From the IMG/VR virus record IMGVR_UViG_3300048927_000250, positions 1 through 64,000 of that record: 64,000 nt of DNA. One strand, 5' to 3'. The position numbers and the translations under genes are program-made. The notes under the pieces are model-generated. The model made no database searches and was not told the origin of the DNA. It saw only the letters and a program-made list of their open reading frames with translations. Positions 34,985-43,119 of this stretch are shown here, piece by piece; within the stretch, counting starts at the first letter, position 1, and each line of letters opens with the position of its first letter.

Positions 34985-35069
34985 CTTCTATTAATTCAGT
35001 CCCTCTAATACATACAGTTACGGTGCAGAATAAAAAATAACTAGGGGAACCCGAAGGCTCCCCCAGGTA

Positions 35070-35612
35070 TCAATAAACTTTCAACAGATGACGTGCAACT
35101 GCAACGTTAGTCCGCACATGCTGCAAACGGATACCGTACTCTTCCAACTCGGCTTTCACCTCATCGTAAGGGAACGACTGCACTACCGGTTGCCCAGAGA
35201 ATTTCGGGAAGACGATATAGTGCACGAGTTTGTGGACTTTATCATACACCGCTGCGCCACCGGCCGTTGGGTTACGAGTCAGTGCTGTGAACGTGTCTCG
35301 GTGAGAGAACTTGCGTTCAACGCTACCTGCGCTGGTCGGTTTCGCCCGAGTGAAGTCACCCGATTCAAGACGCGCCAGAGAACTCCGCTGAATCTGAAGT
35401 TCCTCGAGGTCATCAGACACCGGCTGGAAGGTGATGATGGAATGCGCATGTTCACGCCACTGGGTGATAGTCGCGCCGTACTTCGCACGCAAGAAATCAC
35501 TGAGGCGTTTCACTTTCAACCAACCCTCGATGTGACTCGACGGTAGTCCGTTGCGCAAATCGACCAGAATCATACGGGCTTGGTTCTGGCGTTGTAAATC
35601 GTTCTTTGCCAT
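35070..35612 (-). CDS. Hypothetical protein
   Basis: AAGGA SD. Confidence 0.65.
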   Translation of the reverse strand: MAKNDLQRQNQARMILVDLRNGLPSSHIEGWLKVKRLSDFLRAKYGATITQWREHAHSIITFQPVSDDLEELQIQRSSLARLESGDFTRAKPTSAGSVERKFSHRDTFTALTRNPTAGGAAVYDKVHKLVHYIVFPKFSGQPVVQSFPYDEVKAELEEYGIRLQHVRTNVAVARHLLKVY

Positions 35613-35624
35613 GTCTTCGGTTCC

Positions 35625-36182
35625 TTAGACTAAACCTAACAGCGAAGTTAACCCAGCGTGTTGTTCGCTTGGGATGTGAACAACCCGTTTTGTGATGACT
35701 TTGCGTAACCCTTCAGAAGCATCACCCAACGAGCCCATACACCCAGAACGAACCGCAGTCCAGGTGTCTAAGCGCACCACCAAGAGGCGATGCGTATTTT
35801 CAATCGGTCCGCAACGTTCAAGGTAAACTGCAACCTGAACATCCTGGCCGTGAGAATCACGAAGTTGACCTCCCTCGTACGTCAGGTCATCGAACAGCAA
35901 TCTGAGCCACCCTTCACGATGCCGCTTGAAGTAGTGATACAGTAACTGGTCAGTAGACACCTGAAGCAGTTGGTGTAGGTCAATTGCTCTGCGCAGAACT
36001 AAGGAAATCTTCACCCCGGCACGTATGGTCTTTACGTTTACGCCGAAGTGTTTCTCGATTATGTTGCCCATCCCAGAGCGCGAGAATTTGAACCTTTCCG
36101 CCATAGCTTCCAGTGACTCCCCTTTGCGCAACGCCACAACGATGTCACGCATTTCGGGTAGGCTCAATATACGACCACTCAT
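35625..36182 (-). CDS. Protein with N-terminal HTH-like DNA-binding motif
   Basis: I..ALR.GESLE.MAERF..SRS....II pattern. Confidence 0.55.
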   Translation of the reverse strand: MSGRILSLPEMRDIVVALRKGESLEAMAERFKFSRSGMGNIIEKHFGVNVKTIRAGVKISLVLRRAIDLHQLLQVSTDQLLYHYFKRHREGWLRLLFDDLTYEGGQLRDSHGQDVQVAVYLERCGPIENTHRLLVVRLDTWTAVRSGCMGSLGDASEGLRKVITKRVVHIPSEQHAGLTSLLGLV

Positions 36183-36287
36183 CTCAGTTTCCAGATTTGT
36201 ACAAAAAAAGAAAGCCATCAATAACGTGATGACTTTCAGGAGGTTGCCCCCTAACCTTCAGGGACAATGACGTTTTCACAGAATAGG

Positions 36288-36881
36288 TTATACCTGACCG
36301 AGTTTAATCGGGCGGGTTTCGAGACGGTCGGTCTTTTGCGCCAGGCGACGCTTGATGTATTCTTCCAGCAGCGGGTCCATGCGCGTACCCATCAGGTGCA
36401 GGGCACGTACGATTGCCAGCCAGCGGTTGGTATCTTTAATGGTCGCATCCAGGCCGTCCAGATGCAGTTCAACTTCGTAATGACCTTTCACGCGGCGTAC
36501 ACGGTACTTCTGCGAACGCAGCAGGTTTTCAGCCACTTGTTCGTTCAGCGCGTAACCACGCGGAGGTTGTAGACCGCCACCTGACATCAGGCTGTAGGTC
36601 AGCATAGCCAGTTTCTGACGGTCGGCATAATCGTCGTGTAACTTGGCCATTTGTTTCGCGTCGAGACGAACACCGTTCGCATCGAACATGTTAGGGTATT
36701 GCAGGTCAACTTCCACGAAGGAGTCGAGTTTGACACCTTTCTGGATTTCCGCTTTGACGGCGTCATCGAGATTGATGCTTTCTTTGATTTGTTCGTCGAC
36801 AAATGCTTCTTGCTCTGCGTTCAACGTCATGTTTAATTTTACCTTTATCGGTGTTTCCAGAGATTGGGGGTGATGACTCAC
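36288..36881 (-). CDS. Hypothetical protein
   Basis: In-operon ORF with GTG start. Confidence 0.6.
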   Translation of the reverse strand: MSHHPQSLETPIKVKLNMTLNAEQEAFVDEQIKESINLDDAVKAEIQKGVKLDSFVEVDLQYPNMFDANGVRLDAKQMAKLHDDYADRQKLAMLTYSLMSGGGLQPPRGYALNEQVAENLLRSQKYRVRRVKGHYEVELHLDGLDATIKDTNRWLAIVRALHLMGTRMDPLLEEYIKRRLAQKTDRLETRPIKLGQV

Positions 36882-36896
36882 CCCCGACTTGAGTTG

Positions 36897-37355
36897 TTAG
36901 TCGACCAGCTTACGGAAGCGTTCGGTCAGCGCAGTGCGCACGTCGTTATGCTCTTTGTGCTCAAAGCGACGCAGTACCATGCTCATGGCAGCAGACTTCG
37001 GCTTACCTTGCGCATCCATACCCTGCGGACGGTTGAAGTTCACCGCCAGCTCATCGTGACCGATTTTCACTACGCCAGCAACGCGTTTGATGTCTGGGTT
37101 TTCCGCCAGGAAGTCACCAGCCTTTTCACCGGCAACGTGGAATAGCGCGGTGCCGTATTCACTGGTGTACTGCTGCGTATCGAGGATGTTAGCTTCGCTC
37201 AGCTTGTCCGCCGGACGAGACGCCAGGAAGTTGGTTTCTGCTACTTCCAGTTTACCTTCACTGTTGATGCCAACATCTGGGCTAATTTTGTTAGCCAGTT
37301 CTACCAGGTCGTTAGAGAGAGCAACGTCAGCGGTTTTGTTTTCTACTTGAGACAT
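36897..37355 (-). CDS. Hypothetical, possibly virion-associated protein
   Basis: AAGGA SD, strongly biased codons, adjacent to the head module. Confidence 0.65.
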   Translation of the reverse strand: MSQVENKTADVALSNDLVELANKISPDVGINSEGKLEVAETNFLASRPADKLSEANILDTQQYTSEYGTALFHVAGEKAGDFLAENPDIKRVAGVVKIGHDELAVNFNRPQGMDAQGKPKSAAMSMVLRRFEHKEHNDVRTALTERFRKLVD

Positions 37356-37503
37356 GGAATGTTCCTTGAGTGTCTTGGGTTTTATTAGCGGGGATATCTT
37401 CGAAGGTATACCCCCACAGAGTGGGTTGGATGCGTAGAATTTAAACTACGCATTCGGTTTCATGAACTACTGTTCACCTAAGTAATGTATACTTGAATTT
37501 CTT

Positions 37504-38307
37504 TTAAACAGCAGGGCCGATAGTGACGCGACCCAGGGCGGTAAACATCAACGCATCTTTGATGGTGTCTACATCAACCCCTCTCTCGCCATTTTGACTT
37601 TGGGTATTCACCAGGTTCGAGTAGATGCGATAGAGTTCCATCGGGTCACCGAACTCTGCACCTTTGAACAACGTCTGGAGCAGCGCATTGTTAAAGGTCA
37701 CCGGCCACGACCAGGATGCCGTGTCTTTATCCGGGTCATTCGCGTGACTGATGAAACTGTCAACGAACTCTTCCGCTGTGGCGTACCGGTCCACAAACGC
37801 AGGAAGCATGGCAAACAGATACTGGTACGCTGAATACGCAGAGGAGGCAATTACCGCATCGCGGGTTTCACGACTGCCCATGTAACGATTGTCGATACCA
37901 CGCGCTACCAGGTTAGCGTACGTGTTACAGAATTCAATCGGCGTACCCCAGGCTTCCGCCATGTGCTCACGCTGATGCTGGAACAGCGGGTCAGTACGCG
38001 ACACCGGGAATGCCATCAGGTTCGGACCTAATACGCTCTCAGCCTGAGAACGCAGACGACGGTTCAGTTGCAGCAGACTGTAGACTTTACCGTCACCCGG
38101 ATGGGTAGTGGTAACGATACCGTCATCCAGTAACATCTCCGGAATCACGCCTTTGGCTACACCGAGACCTACCGAGACAATGGTGTACCCATAAATCTCA
38201 GCAATGAAGTTACGGAAGAACGCATGTGCCGCCACGGTCTGCATGTAAACACGCTGAGCGCGGTTGGCGTCTTTCAGGTTGGTGGTCAGTACGGAAGGAA
38301 GAGACAT
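37504..38307 (-). CDS. Probable virion structural protein
   Basis: Context: downstream of the prohead protease in the phiKZ-type block. Confidence 0.6.
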   Translation of the reverse strand: MSLPSVLTTNLKDANRAQRVYMQTVAAHAFFRNFIAEIYGYTIVSVGLGVAKGVIPEMLLDDGIVTTTHPGDGKVYSLLQLNRRLRSQAESVLGPNLMAFPVSRTDPLFQHQREHMAEAWGTPIEFCNTYANLVARGIDNRYMGSRETRDAVIASSAYSAYQYLFAMLPAFVDRYATAEEFVDSFISHANDPDKDTASWSWPVTFNNALLQTLFKGAEFGDPMELYRIYSNLVNTQSQNGERGVDVDTIKDALMFTALGRVTIGPAV

Positions 38308-38316
38308 TTACGGTCC

Positions 38317-39012
38317 TTATACGGTCGGGTTGATTTCATTCAGCAGCCAGCCGGTGGCCAGTGCATCAATAGTTTTGCCACTGTTCAGGTACGTCACCAA
38401 ACGGTCGGCATCAACGAACATGGTTTGACGGTCACCGACACTTTGGGTGTTGGCGGCCATGACGTGTTGGTCACGCGTTAAGGTTGGGCTCTGTGTCAGC
38501 AGGTTCGCCATCGCCGTACCAATCACTTCTTGCAGGTCGGACAACTGCTTGTAGCGGTACTGGGATTCGTTGTCGGTTCCAGTCGCGTATTGCGCCATCA
38601 GATAACCCGCCAGGTAGTACCCCACCCAGTACGCCGGTGCGGCATGGGTAGCCCCGGTCAGCTCATGGTCTAAACGCGTCATGAACACGCTGCTGTTCTC
38701 ATCCCGTACGTTCGTAAACAGGTTACGGTAGAGGAACGAGATAAAGTTCGCCGGGAGGTTCTGGAGACGATTCCCTAAGTCAATGTTCTGACTGGTCTTC
38801 ATCCAGGTAGTGAGGGCGGTACGGATATCCGCTTCCCACATCTCAATCACCCAGTCAATCTGCGGTACGCTACGGCGCGTGGATGCGGTACGGAACTGGG
38901 CAGCTTGCGGCAATGTTGCCCAAGGGGTCGACCATTTCACGGGCTGTACGATACAAGCCAGGTTGGCGTCGTCGTAGCGGTCCTGAAGGTCAGCAACAGT
39001 AATGGCCATCAC
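38317..39012 (-). CDS. Probable virion structural protein (phiKZ gp174 position)
   Basis: Synteny; CACTGTATG late-type motif upstream. Confidence 0.6.
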   Translation of the reverse strand: MMAITVADLQDRYDDANLACIVQPVKWSTPWATLPQAAQFRTASTRRSVPQIDWVIEMWEADIRTALTTWMKTSQNIDLGNRLQNLPANFISFLYRNLFTNVRDENSSVFMTRLDHELTGATHAAPAYWVGYYLAGYLMAQYATGTDNESQYRYKQLSDLQEVIGTAMANLLTQSPTLTRDQHVMAANTQSVGDRQTMFVDADRLVTYLNSGKTIDALATGWLLNEINPTV

Positions 39013-39063
39013 GAGATTCCTTTTAAGTAGTTAACATACAGTGGTTGGATGACGTATTAAAAA

Positions 39064-39094
39064 ACAGCATACACGGGAGGGCGAACCCTCCCGT
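39064..39094. repeat. Second copy of the 31-nt hairpin element
   Basis: Matches 15985..16015 at 30 of 31 nt; lies just after the protease stop codon. Confidence 0.85.
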
Positions 39095-39098
39095 TGTA

Positions 39099-39863
39099 TT
39101 ATTTCAGCCAGCGGGTCACAGCCGGTTGGGCATTCGACAACTGGTTCTTCTCCAGACGCTTCACGGCATCCAGAGTTTGTGCGATGCTGCTCTCTACTGC
39201 AACACCCTGGGACGTACGACGTTCTGCCATGGCACGGATTGCAGGCAGGTTGGCTGCCACGCGCTCGATGTCCTGGAAACTTTCGCACGACGGGGAATTG
39301 TACTTGGTCGCCACATCCAGGCCCGGTTCGTTCACCACGTCCCAGGTAATGATAGCATCCAGGTACTTGCGCTTTTTCCCAGCGACGTATTTGTCGGTCG
39401 CCATTGAACGAATACTGAAGGCAAGGTTCGCCGACGGGTTGTTCAACAGACGTTCGACCACGTGTGCGTGCGGACCATCCGGGCAAATCTCACCCATGAT
39501 AGCGATACACTTACGGCCGTCGTTCAGAACATGGTTAGAATCAATCCACACCTTACGGATATGGATAGCCACGTTCTTTTCCAGGATGGTGTGGATGCGC
39601 TCTACGTAGTCATTGTAGTCACGACATTCACGCTGAGGTGGATGCCCCAGCTCACCACGTAAGAACCCTTGCGAGATACGGCGCATGAACACCGACCCCT
39701 GACGCAGGAACTCGCGGGCACGCCCTTCGTCGTACACCGCCCCGTAGCTGTTTGGGTGCTCCAGTGCTCCGAGCACGACTTCTACGTAGCCGTTGTCCAA
39801 CCGTTTGATTTTACCGGTGTTGTTCACACCTTTGAGCACTGTGCACTCGAATGCCGTTGACAT
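39099..39863 (-). CDS. Prohead protease (phiKZ gp175 / T4 gp21-like)
   Basis: Catalytic His motif GELGHP, Ser motif FSIRS, TWDVVNEPG; synteny with the RNAP genes. Confidence 0.88.
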   Translation of the reverse strand: MSTAFECTVLKGVNNTGKIKRLDNGYVEVVLGALEHPNSYGAVYDEGRAREFLRQGSVFMRRISQGFLRGELGHPPQRECRDYNDYVERIHTILEKNVAIHIRKVWIDSNHVLNDGRKCIAIMGEICPDGPHAHVVERLLNNPSANLAFSIRSMATDKYVAGKKRKYLDAIITWDVVNEPGLDVATKYNSPSCESFQDIERVAANLPAIRAMAERRTSQGVAVESSIAQTLDAVKRLEKNQLSNAQPAVTRWLK

Positions 39864-39878
39864 TCCTCATTCCCCTCT

Positions 39879-40607
39879 TTACCAGCGCGATGTCCAATCC
39901 GGCGCGCCGTCGTAGTTCAACAACGCAGCTTTTCTTTTTTTCCAGGTTTCATACGCTTCACGCGTAATCGCTTCATATCTAATCTCTTGCTGCTGGTAGC
40001 GGTTCGAGTAGTAAGAATCGAAGAACGGAATCGAGAAGTGATGGAACCCTTTTAATAGCCCGAGGGTGTTATCCCACGGCACCTCCTGGTCCCCGAAGAT
40101 TTCCAGATAGATGTCGACTTCCACGTTAATGGCGTGGTCATCTTTCTGAATCTTGATGGCCTGAATAAAGAACTTCCCGACTTGTTGCGCCGGGTATTGC
40201 TGCCCTTCTTCCAGGTAGTCCACCAACCACCGCTCACGGCACCACTTCGCCATCGGAGCCATGGACGGTTTAGGGAACACCGAACTCTGGTACGGGATAG
40301 CGTAGAGGGTGTAACCCCCCAGCCAGTCATCGTCCCCGGCACAGGTCGCCCGGTCTTTCAGGTAGTCGCGGGCCATAACGGCATAACCGCGGATACAATC
40401 AAGAATGGTCACCCCAGTACAGACGCGCGGAACAAGTTCGTCCTCCGACTCCATCGTTCGTTGAATCTTGCGTGGGGAGAACACCTCAATTGTCTTGTTG
40501 GGGGAAACGTGGTACGTGACCCCGGGCTTGGGGTCAAGTTCCAATCCTTGCAGCACGTGAGGAGGTTGACGCAGGAGGTAACGCAGCATTTCTACTTCAT
40601 GGTCCAT
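39879..40607 (-). CDS. Hypothetical protein with ADP-ribosyltransferase-like motif order
   Basis: YHVS ... PRVC.G.TI..C ... ERWL; GAGG SD. Confidence 0.45.
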   Translation of the reverse strand: MDHEVEMLRYLLRQPPHVLQGLELDPKPGVTYHVSPNKTIEVFSPRKIQRTMESEDELVPRVCTGVTILDCIRGYAVMARDYLKDRATCAGDDDWLGGYTLYAIPYQSSVFPKPSMAPMAKWCRERWLVDYLEEGQQYPAQQVGKFFIQAIKIQKDDHAINVEVDIYLEIFGDQEVPWDNTLGLLKGFHHFSIPFFDSYYSNRYQQQEIRYEAITREAYETWKKRKAALLNYDGAPDWTSRW

Positions 40608-40619
40608 TGTGCGCCTCAC

Positions 40620-41345
40620 TTACGTTCGAAGGATAGATTCCATTTTACTGACTTTGTCGCTAGGGTTCACGATTGCCGAATCAAGGCCTTCCGCCATGTA
40701 ACTACCGGTTACCTTCGCCGTGGTGTCCTGTGCCCCGAACTCTACGTTACGGAGCGGAACCCACGCTACCCGGTCAGAGACGTCTTCCGCTACCTTCTTC
40801 AGGATTTCACGGATAGGACGACGGCGGTCAGCCATCATGCGAGCAATCTGCGCAATAACCATTTCCCCTACCGCAGGCGTTAACACCAGACTGGACCCGG
40901 CGTACTTCAACATCAGGTTGAAGAACTCACCCAGGTCTTCGTAGGTGTAATACCACGGAATACGGCCACGCGCCACAATCTCTTCAACCAGGTAATAAAG
41001 GAGGATGTTATCCTTCACCAGGTCAGTGGACTTCACGAGGATTTGTCCCGGTTGGAACCGGAACTCGTAGTACTCGCGTTCGTCAATGGTCGTGGTCACC
41101 GTCTCAGCAGGATTCAAACGAATCATCGCCGGGATAGTGTAAACGCCGTACTCGCCGCTATCGAGGATTACCGAGAAGAACCCCATGGACAGAGTGTCCC
41201 GTCCCATTGTCAGCAACTGCTTCGAACGGAAGGTTTCCGGGACGTGAATCCTACAGGGTTTGAGGACTGCAAGAGACCCGTCCGGGAGTTCTTTCAAGGC
41301 AGCGACAACGACGGCGGGATTACGTTTCAGTTTGGTAATGTCCAT
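40620..41345 (-). CDS. Small virion RNAP subunit (phiKZ gp176 / SPN3US gp244-like)
   Basis: Size and position between the protease and the gp177/gp178-like genes; inferred from synteny. Confidence 0.6.
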   Translation of the reverse strand: MDITKLKRNPAVVVAALKELPDGSLAVLKPCRIHVPETFRSKQLLTMGRDTLSMGFFSVILDSGEYGVYTIPAMIRLNPAETVTTTIDEREYYEFRFQPGQILVKSTDLVKDNILLYYLVEEIVARGRIPWYYTYEDLGEFFNLMLKYAGSSLVLTPAVGEMVIAQIARMMADRRRPIREILKKVAEDVSDRVAWVPLRNVEFGAQDTTAKVTGSYMAEGLDSAIVNPSDKVSKMESILRT

Positions 41346-41359
41346 CGTTGTCCCTTAGC

Positions 41360-42850
41360 TTATTGCGTGATGGTGAAGTTAGCCGCAGACCATTTGGCCA
41401 TGTAGCGCAGGGCTGCATACCAGGCCGCATGTGCCGGGTGCGCTTCGCCATCTTCCAGCTCTTCGTTGATGGTGTCGATAATACCGCGGGCGTCAACAAA
41501 GTTGAAGACGTGGGCGCAGACTTTATCTTTCACCAGGTCGTACACGTTCGGGGTGTCCTGAACGTCCCAACCTTTAAAGAAGGCAGGAAGGTCTTGCATC
41601 GCAGAACGCATTTCTGCAACTTTCGCTACGCGGTCTTCACCGGCAGGGAATTGGTCAGCAGGTAGCGCACGGATACGCGCATCCGCACAGTGGATAAGAC
41701 CTTCACCGATACGGGTGAGGATAGTCTTACGACTGAACGCTTCACGCTCGTCGGTCAACTTTTTCCACAGGCTGGCGAAGTGGTCTTTGTTCTGCAAGTA
41801 CTCAGACAGGAACATCACCGGTTTGTCAGTGGTCGCGCCACCAATCAATGCTTCCGGGGAACCGCCCTGGTCGAGGAACTTACGGTACACTTCAGCGAAC
41901 ACTACCACCTGACCATCACCGTCACGGAACTGGAAGGTACCAGCACGTGGACGACGGATAACCATTTTACCGGCGTTGATGGCATCGTCATACTGGCGCA
42001 GGGCCATATGCGCAATCAAGCCAACCTGGTTACGTAACGCACCCATGGCGTTCTCGTACTCAGCCAGACCCAGACCAGTGCCTTCCAGCGGGTCGGTGAC
42101 CAGAGAGTCAACCAGGAAGTACAGGATAATACCGAGGTCGGCGTTTTCCTGGGTGAACGGCATCAGGGTAAAGGTGCCGCTTGGGGTTTTCTGGAGCAGA
42201 CGGTAAATCTCGTCGTTCATGCTCGTTGGGGAACGGTCGTACTCGCCACGGAACACCGCGTTGTACAACTTGGTTACCACACCCGTGCCGTATTTACCGA
42301 TGGACGCAGCCAACGCATCGTCGAGTTCTGGGATGCCGGTGTGCATTCCACCAATCAGACGGTTCTCTTCACGCTCCGGCGCATTACGCACCAGTTTGTT
42401 CAGTTCCTGTTTGACTTTGAACTTACTAACGATTTCACGCACCAGGGCAGACTTCACCAGCGGAGACGGTTCGTACTGCACCACTTCCAGGTCACGCGGC
42501 TCGCTGTCTTTCACTTTCTCCAGCACGTCGCTCGAGATTTGTGAAATAACTGGCAGCACGGTGTTACGCACGTAGCTCATCTGGGTGACCAGACCTTCCA
42601 GCAATACTTCACTGGCATCGGCTACTGCGGCTTCATGTTGACTGAACCCATCGTCAGAAGTCACATCGGCCGTGACCGCCACTTCTTCGACGTAGCTTTC
42701 CAGCGATACCTGTTGACCCTGCTTACGCACCATCGGCAGCGAATAACGCACGGCGTCATCAAACAGCGTTGGGTTCGGGTTGGTGATTTTCAGGCTTTCG
42801 GTGTTGACTGCCAACAGGCGCGCCAACTCAAGGGATGGACGGCTTAACAT
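41360..42850 (-). CDS. Virion/head protein (phiKZ gp177 position)
   Basis: Synteny; SLE-S protease-site-like motif near the N-terminus. Confidence 0.6.
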   Translation of the reverse strand: MLSRPSLELARLLAVNTESLKITNPNPTLFDDAVRYSLPMVRKQGQQVSLESYVEEVAVTADVTSDDGFSQHEAAVADASEVLLEGLVTQMSYVRNTVLPVISQISSDVLEKVKDSEPRDLEVVQYEPSPLVKSALVREIVSKFKVKQELNKLVRNAPEREENRLIGGMHTGIPELDDALAASIGKYGTGVVTKLYNAVFRGEYDRSPTSMNDEIYRLLQKTPSGTFTLMPFTQENADLGIILYFLVDSLVTDPLEGTGLGLAEYENAMGALRNQVGLIAHMALRQYDDAINAGKMVIRRPRAGTFQFRDGDGQVVVFAEVYRKFLDQGGSPEALIGGATTDKPVMFLSEYLQNKDHFASLWKKLTDEREAFSRKTILTRIGEGLIHCADARIRALPADQFPAGEDRVAKVAEMRSAMQDLPAFFKGWDVQDTPNVYDLVKDKVCAHVFNFVDARGIIDTINEELEDGEAHPAHAAWYAALRYMAKWSAANFTITQ

Positions 42851-42851
42851 T

Positions 42852-43061
42852 TTACGCCACCTCCTTCATGAGGGCTTGCGCATTAACGGCGTTGCCCAGA
42901 GCAGCAGCCACTTGTTCGCGAACCCATTGGGCTTTATTCATCCCCGGTGGAATCGCGTCTTCCGGAATCTGGAAGTCCTCGGAGTTGTTCTTCAGCAGCA
43001 CGCGACTCTGAATTTCAATCAGGTTCGCAAACAGTGCTGTCTTCTGTTCGTTATCGTTCAT
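42852..43061 (-). CDS. Small hypothetical protein
   Basis: AAGGA SD before MNDNEQK. Confidence 0.55.
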   Translation of the reverse strand: MNDNEQKTALFANLIEIQSRVLLKNNSEDFQIPEDAIPPGMNKAQWVREQVAAALGNAVNAQALMKEVA

Positions 43062-43119
43062 GGTACCGGTATCCTTAATAAGGAGCAACGAGGGTAGGGC
43101 CCTACCCTCGTGGGTTGTT

